A stretch of 64,000 bases of DNA. Source: Luteolibacter sp. (GTDB lineage: Bacteria; Verrucomicrobiota; Verrucomicrobiia; Verrucomicrobiales; Akkermansiaceae). Both the position numbers and the translations under genes were made by a program. Every line of letters begins with the position of its first letter. Position 1 is the first letter of the stretch. The stretch covers positions 20,873-84,872 of the forward strand of contig JBIIKO010000008.1 of NCBI GenBank assembly GCA_044233125.1, read 5' to 3'. Positions 36,696-45,624 of this stretch are shown in pieces. The notes under the pieces were generated by a model, which was not told the DNA's origin, did not search any database, and saw nothing but the letters and a program-made list of their open reading frames with translations.

Positions 36696-39272
36696 TTATT
36701 GAACGGGTTTCAAGATCAATGAATTCAGCGCAATTCCATATTGGGGCGCGTTCTTGCGGCAGAATTTCAGGACATTCTCGCCCTGTTTCAGTTCAAGGAC
36801 CACCGGCTCGGCATCCTGCCACTTGCCCAAGGTGAAGGGCAGTTTGATCTTAGTTTCGGCGGGATCCTCGTTCACGGCGACGTTCATGGATTGATGGTAG
36901 TTCATCGTGACCACAGTGGCCGTCAGCGCATACTTGCCTGCTTGCGGGATATTGACAGAAAACTCGATCTGAGAAGCCACGCTTCCGGGTGGGCCGGTCG
37001 GATCTTCCTTCGGGCTATTGGCGAAGTATTCCTTCTTATAGGTATCAGCGACGATTTCCCAGACGTTTCCGTAAATATCGTAAAGCCCCCATGGATTCGG
37101 TTTTTTCTGACCCACCGCTTGCGCCAGCTTTTTCTTAGGATCCGTGGTCGCCTCGCCATTCTCGATGAACCAGGCGTAGTCGCCTAATTTTGCCGGATCA
37201 GCCCCGAAGAACCATGGCGTGCTCGTACCGGCGCGCGCAGCGTATTCCCATTCCGCCTCGGTCGGAAGCCGGACTTCCCGACCGGTTTTGTCGTTGATGA
37301 ACAAACAAAAACGCTCGGCGCCGTCTGGGCCTATGCCGCCCACCGGATGATTGGGATTCTCCAAGGGCTTGTCACTTTTCGAAGCCAAAACAGCGGCATG
37401 CTGCGCGCGGGTTAGCTCGGTTTTGGCGAGGTAGTAGCCCTTGGTAAGCTTGACTTCATGCTTGGGCGCATTGGAGCAGCTATACTTGGACTCCGTCGTG
37501 GAATCGCCACCCATGATAAAGCTGCCGGGCTTGATATACACAAACTCCATCGACACATCGTTGCCAAGATCGAGCTTCACCACGGGTGTGGTTTCGCCGT
37601 CCTTGGGCGTCATGGCGGGACGGAATCCCCAGTCAGGATAACCCCCGCGGCCACCTTCCCTGAGGCGTGACTCAGATGAACAATTGCCCGTGCTACCTTT
37701 CATCGCTCCACCACGAAAGATGTAGCTGCCATTGCGCCCGAAATTTCCCAGATAGAGTTGTTTTCCGCCATAATAGCCATCCATCATATTAACACCCGAG
37801 GCCTTCTCGACTGAAGGTTTGTAGGACTCGACCGGAATATTGATTTCTCCGGGGGCCAATGGCCGGCTTTTTTTGTTCCTGCTGTTAGCTGACGCCAGCG
37901 CTTCCTTAACGCCATCGTCCGCAGCGTTGGCCTCCGCCAAATTCGCATCAAGGGGAGCCTGTTCCACAGCCTTCAAATCGGTGATGATCTTTTGTTGCGT
38001 GATCAGCGAGACTCCACCCCAGCTTTTCGTATCTCCTTTGCCACCGTATTGGCGTTTTTCACCGAGCACGTCGCCCGCCCATAGGGCGCGCTTGACTTGG
38101 ACATAAGCCTCCTTGTTTTTGCGAGCCTGAATGCTAGCCAGGAAGTTGCGGTCGCCTCCATAAATGGTATTGGTCCAACCACTGCCCCAGCGCGGACCGA
38201 GGTAGGGAATCCAGCCTTTGGGTGTCCAGCGCACCAAGGCCCCGTGAGCCCGACTTGGGCGGGCGGCCGATGGGATGCCAAAGCAGCGCAGAATGAAGCG
38301 GCCGAAGAAGGCGCGGCGCCCGCAAATGCCACCGTTCATCAGGATGTTCTGATAGTTCTGCAGCTCGGGCCGGTCTTGATTGGTTCTTCCTCCGCCATAG
38401 AGAACATTGGTTCTAACCATTCCCACGTAACGGCCGCCATCGCTCGTGGTGAGGATGTGATCGGGGCGGTAATCCCGAAGCATCTGACGTCCCCAAGCCC
38501 GGGCCCAGTCTGGCTCGTTGCCGTCCACGACAAACCGAAGCTCCCAGGCACTGAAGGTCGCGAAGGCGGGATCCAGCTCGCCGTCGAGGTAGGCTTTTTC
38601 GTAGTCCTGAAAGCGCTTCACCGGATCAATAATATTAGCAGAGGGAACCGGGATCGCTAGCTCAAGGGCAACCGCCAGTGCCAACTCATGCAATACGCCG
38701 TCCTTGGCCTTGGGACTTACTTTCAGGATGTCGGTGTAAATTTTCATCGCAGGTCCGTAATGCGACGGGGGCTTAGGTTTGTTCCGCTGTTGCTTTCCAA
38801 ACTTCGCTCCGTCCGCCATCAGCATCTGCTTCATCAATACAGGATTGGACAACAACTGGTTGATGAGCGCCTCGTTTTCCTTGCTCTGCTGTACGAATGC
38901 CGCCAGACCCTCCGGCGTTGCCTCAGTCAAGACCGCGACTTTCACCAGCTGATCATCCAATTTGTTGCTTTTCAGAAAAGCTTCGACCTGCGCTTGGTCA
39001 CTGATCTTGGGAAGTTTGGCCGTCAATTCCGCGCGAAGTTGATCCAGCATGCCCTTGTATTTCGCAACGATTTGAGGATCAACAACGGCCAACTTTGCCG
39101 CCTCTGCTGCCGCAGCGGCCTCAGCAGCCTTTGCCGCGGCAGCTTCCTCTGCCGCTTCTGCCGCCTGAGCTTCCTTGTCCTCGCCTGTTTGTGCGGACAC
39201 GGACTGTGGCAACCCGGCAAAACCGAGAGCCACCGCCATAAGCATAAAATTGCGTATGAAATTTCTTTTCAT
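36696..39272 (-). CDS. Exported transglutaminase-like + circularly permuted FGE-sulfatase + CBM-like protein
   Basis: GGICGRRAFFGRFILRCFGIP...AHG (C317/H343); FGE motifs RLPTEAEWEYAARAGT and NPWGLYDIYGNVWE; signal peptide. Confidence 0.8.
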   Translation of the reverse strand: MKRNFIRNFMLMAVALGFAGLPQSVSAQTGEDKEAQAAEAAEEAAAAKAAEAAAAAEAAKLAVVDPQIVAKYKGMLDQLRAELTAKLPKISDQAQVEAFLKSNKLDDQLVKVAVLTEATPEGLAAFVQQSKENEALINQLLSNPVLMKQMLMADGAKFGKQQRNKPKPPSHYGPAMKIYTDILKVSPKAKDGVLHELALAVALELAIPVPSANIIDPVKRFQDYEKAYLDGELDPAFATFSAWELRFVVDGNEPDWARAWGRQMLRDYRPDHILTTSDGGRYVGMVRTNVLYGGGRTNQDRPELQNYQNILMNGGICGRRAFFGRFILRCFGIPSAARPSRAHGALVRWTPKGWIPYLGPRWGSGWTNTIYGGDRNFLASIQARKNKEAYVQVKRALWAGDVLGEKRQYGGKGDTKSWGGVSLITQQKIITDLKAVEQAPLDANLAEANAADDGVKEALASANSRNKKSRPLAPGEINIPVESYKPSVEKASGVNMMDGYYGGKQLYLGNFGRNGSYIFRGGAMKGSTGNCSSESRLREGGRGGYPDWGFRPAMTPKDGETTPVVKLDLGNDVSMEFVYIKPGSFIMGGDSTTESKYSCSNAPKHEVKLTKGYYLAKTELTRAQHAAVLASKSDKPLENPNHPVGGIGPDGAERFCLFINDKTGREVRLPTEAEWEYAARAGTSTPWFFGADPAKLGDYAWFIENGEATTDPKKKLAQAVGQKKPNPWGLYDIYGNVWEIVADTYKKEYFANSPKEDPTGPPGSVASQIEFSVNIPQAGKYALTATVVTMNYHQSMNVAVNEDPAETKIKLPFTLGKWQDAEPVVLELKQGENVLKFCRKNAPQYGIALNSLILKPVQ

Positions 39273-39614
39273 GGTTGAATGAAATGGATGATTTTTTTCA
39301 ATTAGTTTCTGAATTTACGTGCGCTTCGCTCGCCGGAAGGAGTAAAAAAAAGACTAGCTCATAACAGACGGGAAATACGCTGCACGAAGGATGGAGAGCC
39401 CGCGCAACATTTATTACGTCGAGGTATCGGCTCGCAGTAGCGGTTGAGGCAAGAAACAATTTTTTATAATGCCGTCGTTTTTTAATACAGGTATGAGTTT
39501 ACTAACCACATGAAGATAAAGGCTCGGGATGAGTGGCGAACCCTTCGAAGCGGATCTGATCACGCGATTAACAAGAGTGATGCGTGGATTAAGGTTCACG
39601 TGGGGAAGCGAGGA

Positions 39615-42600
39615 CTATTTTTCAATTTTAACCTTCGCGGGCGGGGCGTCTTCATTACGGAATCCATACATGGGCAGGAGGCGATAGTAGACTTCCAGGC
39701 TAAGGGTCGCAAAAGCGGTGGAGATGACCCGTCCGCCAGGAACGATGTGCTGTCCGGTGGGATTCCAACTCCCGCTTTCTGCTCCGTCCTTCCTTTGGGT
39801 GAGTGGCAATACCTCTTTTAGCTTCTCGTTCCAGGCAAGCCACACCGGTCCCTGGTGCTGATAGAGAGCAAGGGTGGCGTAATACACATGGTAAAGGTCC
39901 GGAGCCTTGGGATTGATCGAGTGCATTTTGAGCAAGTCCGCGCTCTCCTGCATCATCGGCTCCGTCGGCGGAACAAGGTCCAACTGGCGGCAGAACATAC
40001 CGGTGGCCACCATCGCAGGATTGCTTCTACTAGGACCATCGTAGCCGTAGAGCCCACCATGTTTCCCTCCGCCGGCATAGGTGAACCACTTGCCCGCAAG
40101 TTCAAAAGCCGACTGCGGAACTTGGATGTCCGCCATTTTGGCGCTATGCAGCGCCATGTATTGCCAGCCGGTCACGGAGGTATCACTATCCTTGCTGGGC
40201 ACTCCGTTCTTGGCGGGTTCATAACGCCACCCGCCCTTGCTCGGGCTTTGTGAGGCGAGGATCAGGGCAATCGCCTTCTCGGCGGGTGCCTTGAGCTTGG
40301 GATCTTTGGTCGCGCCGTAGGCCTCGCACAACGCGATGGTCGCGATGCCATGGCAATACATTCTGCCTGTCGCCTTCGCGCCACCGGATAAATCCCCATC
40401 CTCCTTCTGTTGCGCCACCAACCAGTCGAGCGCCTTCCTGATGTTCGCTTGGTATTTTCCATCAGCGGTATGGCTCAAGCCCCAGCCATAGAAACATAGG
40501 AGAGCCGAGCCGACGCCAGCGGTGTCGTAATCGTCCTTAGCTCCGTGCTTACGGGTATCCCAACGCCCGTCGGCCTCTTGGTTGCGAGCCAACCAATCGA
40601 GGGCTGCGCCGATTCCCTTCTCACTTGCATCCGAGCCGCCGAGCGCTTCGATAGTCTCAAGAGAAGGTCTACCACGCTGTTTCTGGACGCTTTTGGTCAG
40701 GGCCTGCGGGTCGATTTCATGTTTCGGCATCTCCAACTTACCGGGCAGGAGCGGATCGGTGGTCGAGTCCGACCCACTGATATTGAGCAGCGTTGTTACC
40801 CGAGTGCCCACACCGTCCATCTTAGGAGGAGCACCCTGCGCCTCAAGCCCGGAGTGAGCGATGATTTGGGAACCACCGGTATCGGTTGTCGCGGCACTCG
40901 AGGAGCCAAGGGAAATCTCCTTATTTTGAGTCGATTTTTGCACTGCTTTCTCCGCGACATCGAGAGTCTTCTTGGCTTGTTCCGAGCCGACCTTGGGCAC
41001 CGATTTTGTCGGGCGGAAGAGATCCTTCGAGGAATCAGCCGGCTCGGAAGCCACGGCTGGCTCAGTAGAGGTCAACTCCGGAAGCGTGGGAAGCTCAGGC
41101 TCTAGCAGCTGACTTTCCGGCAAGCTGCTCGCCAGCTCACGTTGGTCGGAGGGCACGGGGACGGACTCCGAGGTGGGAGACTGATTCTCCTTCGACGCAC
41201 GCACATCCTGGATCATGGATTCCTTTGCCGTGCTGGTCACAATCGGTGGAGCATCGGAAGGCTGGACAGGTTTGAAATCCGGGATGACGAAGTCACTGAC
41301 AATTTTATCGGTAACGACAGCCACCTTGGTGTCACTCAATTTCGCCTCTTCCGGCGTGCTTTCCAAGGCCAGTTCTTCTTGGGCGAGTGCTTCGATACTG
41401 ATCGCGATATCCGCGGCTTGGGGTTCTCCGCCTGAGTCGAGATTCTGCTTGATCTGCCAAATCATCATCAGCAGCAGGATCAGCAAATGCACAGCGGCCG
41501 ATCCAGCGAGGCATTTGTGATAGAGGCTGGTGAGATCCTGCCAGCGTTCCAGCAGATAGATCAGCGCGATCAACGCAGCTAGTGCGAGTAACAAGCGCCA
41601 ACCGATCTGATTGAGCAACTCACCAAACTGCATCCAGCGCGAAAGATTCGTGTAACCAAAAACCTCGCGGGTGGTCGTCCGGTATAATCGATAACCCTCC
41701 GCCGGATTTTCCGAACCTTCCAGTGCGGCAGCGGCTTTCGGATCGGCGCTGAAAAGCAGATCAAAACCGTCCATCCGCACCGCCGGATCCGTGACATCAC
41801 CCTTGTCAATGTAGAGGTCCACACGCTCTGGTGGCAACGACTTACCGCCGACCATCCGGCTAAAATAAATGCCGAAGCCAGTGTTCTTGTCTCGGTCTCG
41901 ATCCGAAGCGAGGAACACGTGATCGCCGCGTCTTGACAACGCTGCCCGCAAATCACTTGCCGCAGTATTCAGCTCATTGACCGGCTCGGCTGCGGAAAAC
42001 GCGGGGATCTCTGGCAGTCCGATCTTTGCTTTCGGACTGGGCGCGGGGGGCGCGCTAGGTTGCGTGGCAATCCGGTTAGCAAGATAGATGTCATCGGCTC
42101 CTTGAGCGACCCGTTTGGATGAAAAATACAACTGCGAGTCATCCGCTGATAGAGTAGGACCAGCTTCATCCGCTGAGGAGTTTACCGAGGCACCCAGCGA
42201 CTCCACACCCGTCCAATCTTTGCCATCCCAGCGCGCAACATACAGATCGTAGCCACCGAGTCCGCCTTTGCGGTCGGAGGCAAAATACAGGTAATTTCCG
42301 TCGCTCGATAAGCCTGGACCGCGCTCGTTGGCGGCGGTATTGATCGATTGAATCGCCTCCGGGCGGCTCCACAACCTGCCATCCCAATTCGACTGATAGA
42401 GATCGGCATTAGCTTGGCTCTTATCCCAGCGGACCAAGATCATGCGGGTGCCATCGGCGGAAAACGCAGCCTCATACTGGCCGGCGGGTCCATTGACCGG
42501 ATCGACCCGCTTTGCATCTACGGTATCGCTTTTATCCTGAAAATAGTTGAGCTTCGGATCCTCCCACAAGACCATTCGCGCCTTGTCTTCTTGAACTTCG

Positions 42601-42809
42601 ACCCGCATTCCCTCGCCGTCACTGAAATAGGCCCAGACATCATCGCGCAGATTGCCCCAGAGCACCGATGCGATCACTGCGGCGACCACGAAAGCAAGCA
42701 CCGGCAGCGACCAGCGCTTCAGATAAACCAGCAGACGGCTCCGGCCTTCTGGTGGAATTTTCGTCGGATTTTTCCTATCTTGATGATCTTTCATGGGTCT
42801 GTGACTCAT
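39615..42809 (-). CDS. Inner-membrane protein: TM, PD40 propeller, TM, TM (SxxxH), low-complexity linker, alpha/alpha toroid
   Basis: PD40 repeats (PGLSSDGNYLYFASDR, PTLSADDSQLYFSSKR), hydrophobic helices at about aa 33-52, 404-421 and 433-452, QW repeats and DSDTSVTGW. Confidence 0.82.
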   Translation of the reverse strand: MSHRPMKDHQDRKNPTKIPPEGRSRLLVYLKRWSLPVLAFVVAAVIASVLWGNLRDDVWAYFSDGEGMRVEVQEDKARMVLWEDPKLNYFQDKSDTVDAKRVDPVNGPAGQYEAAFSADGTRMILVRWDKSQANADLYQSNWDGRLWSRPEAIQSINTAANERGPGLSSDGNYLYFASDRKGGLGGYDLYVARWDGKDWTGVESLGASVNSSADEAGPTLSADDSQLYFSSKRVAQGADDIYLANRIATQPSAPPAPSPKAKIGLPEIPAFSAAEPVNELNTAASDLRAALSRRGDHVFLASDRDRDKNTGFGIYFSRMVGGKSLPPERVDLYIDKGDVTDPAVRMDGFDLLFSADPKAAAALEGSENPAEGYRLYRTTTREVFGYTNLSRWMQFGELLNQIGWRLLLALAALIALIYLLERWQDLTSLYHKCLAGSAAVHLLILLLMMIWQIKQNLDSGGEPQAADIAISIEALAQEELALESTPEEAKLSDTKVAVVTDKIVSDFVIPDFKPVQPSDAPPIVTSTAKESMIQDVRASKENQSPTSESVPVPSDQRELASSLPESQLLEPELPTLPELTSTEPAVASEPADSSKDLFRPTKSVPKVGSEQAKKTLDVAEKAVQKSTQNKEISLGSSSAATTDTGGSQIIAHSGLEAQGAPPKMDGVGTRVTTLLNISGSDSTTDPLLPGKLEMPKHEIDPQALTKSVQKQRGRPSLETIEALGGSDASEKGIGAALDWLARNQEADGRWDTRKHGAKDDYDTAGVGSALLCFYGWGLSHTADGKYQANIRKALDWLVAQQKEDGDLSGGAKATGRMYCHGIATIALCEAYGATKDPKLKAPAEKAIALILASQSPSKGGWRYEPAKNGVPSKDSDTSVTGWQYMALHSAKMADIQVPQSAFELAGKWFTYAGGGKHGGLYGYDGPSRSNPAMVATGMFCRQLDLVPPTEPMMQESADLLKMHSINPKAPDLYHVYYATLALYQHQGPVWLAWNEKLKEVLPLTQRKDGAESGSWNPTGQHIVPGGRVISTAFATLSLEVYYRLLPMYGFRNEDAPPAKVKIEK

Positions 42810-45172
42810 ACCTCAACCCCTCCGGTGAGAGGTTCGCTCTTATCCGTGCCACCCAGTGACAACCTTTCAGCTCTTCGTGCGCGCAGGCAAAGCCAGACGA
42901 ACAACGCGAGAGCTGCCACCAATCCGAAGATCCAACCGATATTCGCCACCAGCCAGCTTGAGCCGGGCAGTTTCGAGTAGTCGTGCTTGCGCTCCACCCG
43001 GCGGCTCTTGGAACTGAATAACGAGTGCCGCTCACCCTCACGGTCCGAGTTTACGAACAGATGGAAGCCTGCCATGCGCACGGCGGGGTCAGTTTCATTT
43101 GCCGTGGTGTTGATTTCCCGGCCGAGGTTTTTCGGAGCCGTCGGCTCACCGCCGCTGACGCGGGTGCGGTAAATATCTGATCCACCGAAACCGCCCGGGC
43201 GCGCTGAGGTAAAATATAAAAAGTCGCCATGCTCGGTCACCACCGGACCGCGGTCGTCAGCCGGTGAACTCAAGCCAGCGAGATACTTTGCGTGGCGAAA
43301 ATGAGGCTCCGAAGGCAGCGAGGCAAGATTAGCGACGCCATGCGCGGGTCCTTGAGGATCCGGCTCGTAGCCGAGACCGTAGAGTGGTGTGTAGCGGTAG
43401 TGCGCTTCAAGGCAGAGTGTGGTCAGCGCCGTGACGATCAAGGGTCCCATCGAGCTGGCGTGTGGGCCGTTTGTCATCCATGATCCGTCTGCGGCTTGTG
43501 TCTCGATGAACGTCTTTTGCATGCTCTCCATCCACTTTCTCCAGAGCGGTCCCTGATGCTGATAAGCCGCGAGTGTTCCGTAATAGGCCGAGTAAATGTC
43601 GGCTACCTGAAAACCTGACTTGTCGAGGCTGAGTGCCGATTCGAAGGCTTTCGGCGCGTTGGCGGATGCTCCCGTCAACTGCGAGCAGAAGAAACCCACC
43701 GCAAGCAAGGCAGGGGTCTTGCTGCCGCCTTTGCCCGGCGGTTTGTCGTAACCATATGAGCCACCATGCTGGCCACCACTGATGTAGTCTAAAAATTTCA
43801 CCACCCCCTTGCGGGTTTTTTCGGGCACGGGCAGGCCCGACATCTCCGCACTTCCCAGTGCCATGACCATCCAGCCTGACACGGAAAGGTCCCCTGGATC
43901 GCCGGGTTTGTATCGCCATCCGCCCTCCGAATGTTGCGCTTCGACAATAAAATCGATCGCCGCCATGGCTCTCGGGCGCAACTCCTGATCCTTCGTCACC
44001 CCATAGGCTTCGATCAGCGCGAGCGCGCCAATCCCGTGGTCATACATTCCATGATTTTGCGGCTTCGCGCCACGCAAATCACCGGTGGCGACGTTTTGTT
44101 GGCTCAGCAACCACTTCAAGCCGCGCGCGACCGTATCCCGGTAACGGCATTCAATGTCGTGTCGTTCACCACGGCCATAATAGGCCAATAAAGCAAAAGC
44201 GGTCGCCGCAACTTCATGCCCCGCCTTTCCGCCATTGGCCCCGAGGTCCCAGTGGCCATCTTCCGATTGCTTTGAGGCAAGGTAGGCCAGCGCCTTGTCG
44301 ACAGCCGCCTCACTTGCCTGTGAGCCGCCCAGCTTGGCCATCACTTTAGGATCCGCCAGTGCCCCCTGGCGCAGCGAGTAGAGCATACTCAACTGCCTCT
44401 CGACGACCAAATCAAAAGGGGTGTCGCCGGCGATATCGGCACTGTAGAGATTAAAATCAGCTTCAAGCGCATGGATTTGCTCGCGAGTCAGGCCCTCGGT
44501 ACCGGGGGCGGATTGACCCGGCTTGGCAAGCGGCCGATTGGAGGCGAAGTATAGCACCAAACCGTCTGGCGAGAACGCGGGATCCACCTCATCAAACGCG
44601 GTGTTGACCCGGTCGGTCAGCGGCAGTGGCCATGCGAATTCGACCCCGTCCCAACGCGACACCCAAATGTCCTTGCCGCCTCGTCCGCCGGGACGATCGC
44701 TGCTGAAAAATAGAAAATGACCGTCACCACTGAGGGCGGGTGCCGTCTCATTGAATTTGCTGTTGAGTGCGCGCATCGGGCGCGGCTCCCCCCATCGCGT
44801 GCCGTCCCAGCGACGCAGGAACAGGTTTGCGTCTCCATCGGTCTCGCCGGTCACATAGACCATCCGAGTCCCGTCGGCAGAGAAAGTAGGCTGCCCGATG
44901 GTATCTTTCTGGCTAATCCCCTCTCCGGCAGGAGCGGATTTTTCCCACAAAACAAATCCGGGTTGCACATCGCGCGCCACTTGTTCGAATGCGACCTGAT
45001 CGGTATAACTGTACCAGCGCTCCGGACGCAGATACCATAAGGACCCCAGCACTGCTGCGACGAGCAGTAGCAGGCCGGACCAACCGTAGATCTTGAAACG
45101 GCGGCGGCGATCCAAGCCGAGCAGGGCTTTGCGCTCACGCGGTTTTGCTTCGTTCTTCACTTTGTCTTGCAA
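42806..45172 (-). CDS. Inner-membrane protein: TM, PD40 blades, alpha/alpha toroid, PD40 blades, TM
   Basis: PALSGDGHFLFFSSDR and PAFSPDGLVLYFASNR; toroid at about aa 280-600 (MYDHG, GGWRY, GDLSVSGW); later blades GDFLYFTSAR. 4 nt overlap with the downstream gene. Confidence 0.82.
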   Translation of the reverse strand: MQDKVKNEAKPRERKALLGLDRRRRFKIYGWSGLLLLVAAVLGSLWYLRPERWYSYTDQVAFEQVARDVQPGFVLWEKSAPAGEGISQKDTIGQPTFSADGTRMVYVTGETDGDANLFLRRWDGTRWGEPRPMRALNSKFNETAPALSGDGHFLFFSSDRPGGRGGKDIWVSRWDGVEFAWPLPLTDRVNTAFDEVDPAFSPDGLVLYFASNRPLAKPGQSAPGTEGLTREQIHALEADFNLYSADIAGDTPFDLVVERQLSMLYSLRQGALADPKVMAKLGGSQASEAAVDKALAYLASKQSEDGHWDLGANGGKAGHEVAATAFALLAYYGRGERHDIECRYRDTVARGLKWLLSQQNVATGDLRGAKPQNHGMYDHGIGALALIEAYGVTKDQELRPRAMAAIDFIVEAQHSEGGWRYKPGDPGDLSVSGWMVMALGSAEMSGLPVPEKTRKGVVKFLDYISGGQHGGSYGYDKPPGKGGSKTPALLAVGFFCSQLTGASANAPKAFESALSLDKSGFQVADIYSAYYGTLAAYQHQGPLWRKWMESMQKTFIETQAADGSWMTNGPHASSMGPLIVTALTTLCLEAHYRYTPLYGLGYEPDPQGPAHGVANLASLPSEPHFRHAKYLAGLSSPADDRGPVVTEHGDFLYFTSARPGGFGGSDIYRTRVSGGEPTAPKNLGREINTTANETDPAVRMAGFHLFVNSDREGERHSLFSSKSRRVERKHDYSKLPGSSWLVANIGWIFGLVAALALFVWLCLRARRAERLSLGGTDKSEPLTGGVEV

Positions 45173-45204
45173 GGGTATGGCTTGAGTTCAATGAGGAATT
45201 TGCC

Positions 45205-45624
45205 TCAGGATTCGGTTTTAAGGGCGATATTGGCTTTCGGGACACCTACGTGACGGCATATCGACATGATGTTTGCCAGATAGAGATGCTTGGCATCCTG
45301 ATCACAACGGATCAGCACTTTGATATCGGGTTTTTTGGCCACCTCCTCGGTCATCCATTCCGAGATCTTTTCCTCCGTCACCTGTTTGCCTAATACGACA
45401 TAAGATCCATCCTTGCGGATGTTGATGTTGATCAATTTACTGGCGGATTGTGTCAGTGATTGGTTTTTTGAGTCCACCGGCAGATTCACGCTGTGATCGA
45501 TCTCCTCTTCCTTGAAGGTGGTGGTGACGAGGAAGAAAATGAGCAGCAGGAAGATCAAATCCATCATGCTGGTCATGCTGATCAGCTCCTCGCTATTCTG
45601 GCGGGAATTGCGACGGCAGTTCAT
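45205..45624 (-). CDS. exbD: ExbD/TolR-family protein
   Basis: TM SMMDLIFLLLIFFLV with the conserved Asp; periplasmic VLIRCDQDA. Confidence 0.92.
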   Translation of the reverse strand: MNCRRNSRQNSEELISMTSMMDLIFLLLIFFLVTTTFKEEEIDHSVNLPVDSKNQSLTQSASKLININIRKDGSYVVLGKQVTEEKISEWMTEEVAKKPDIKVLIRCDQDAKHLYLANIMSICRHVGVPKANIALKTES

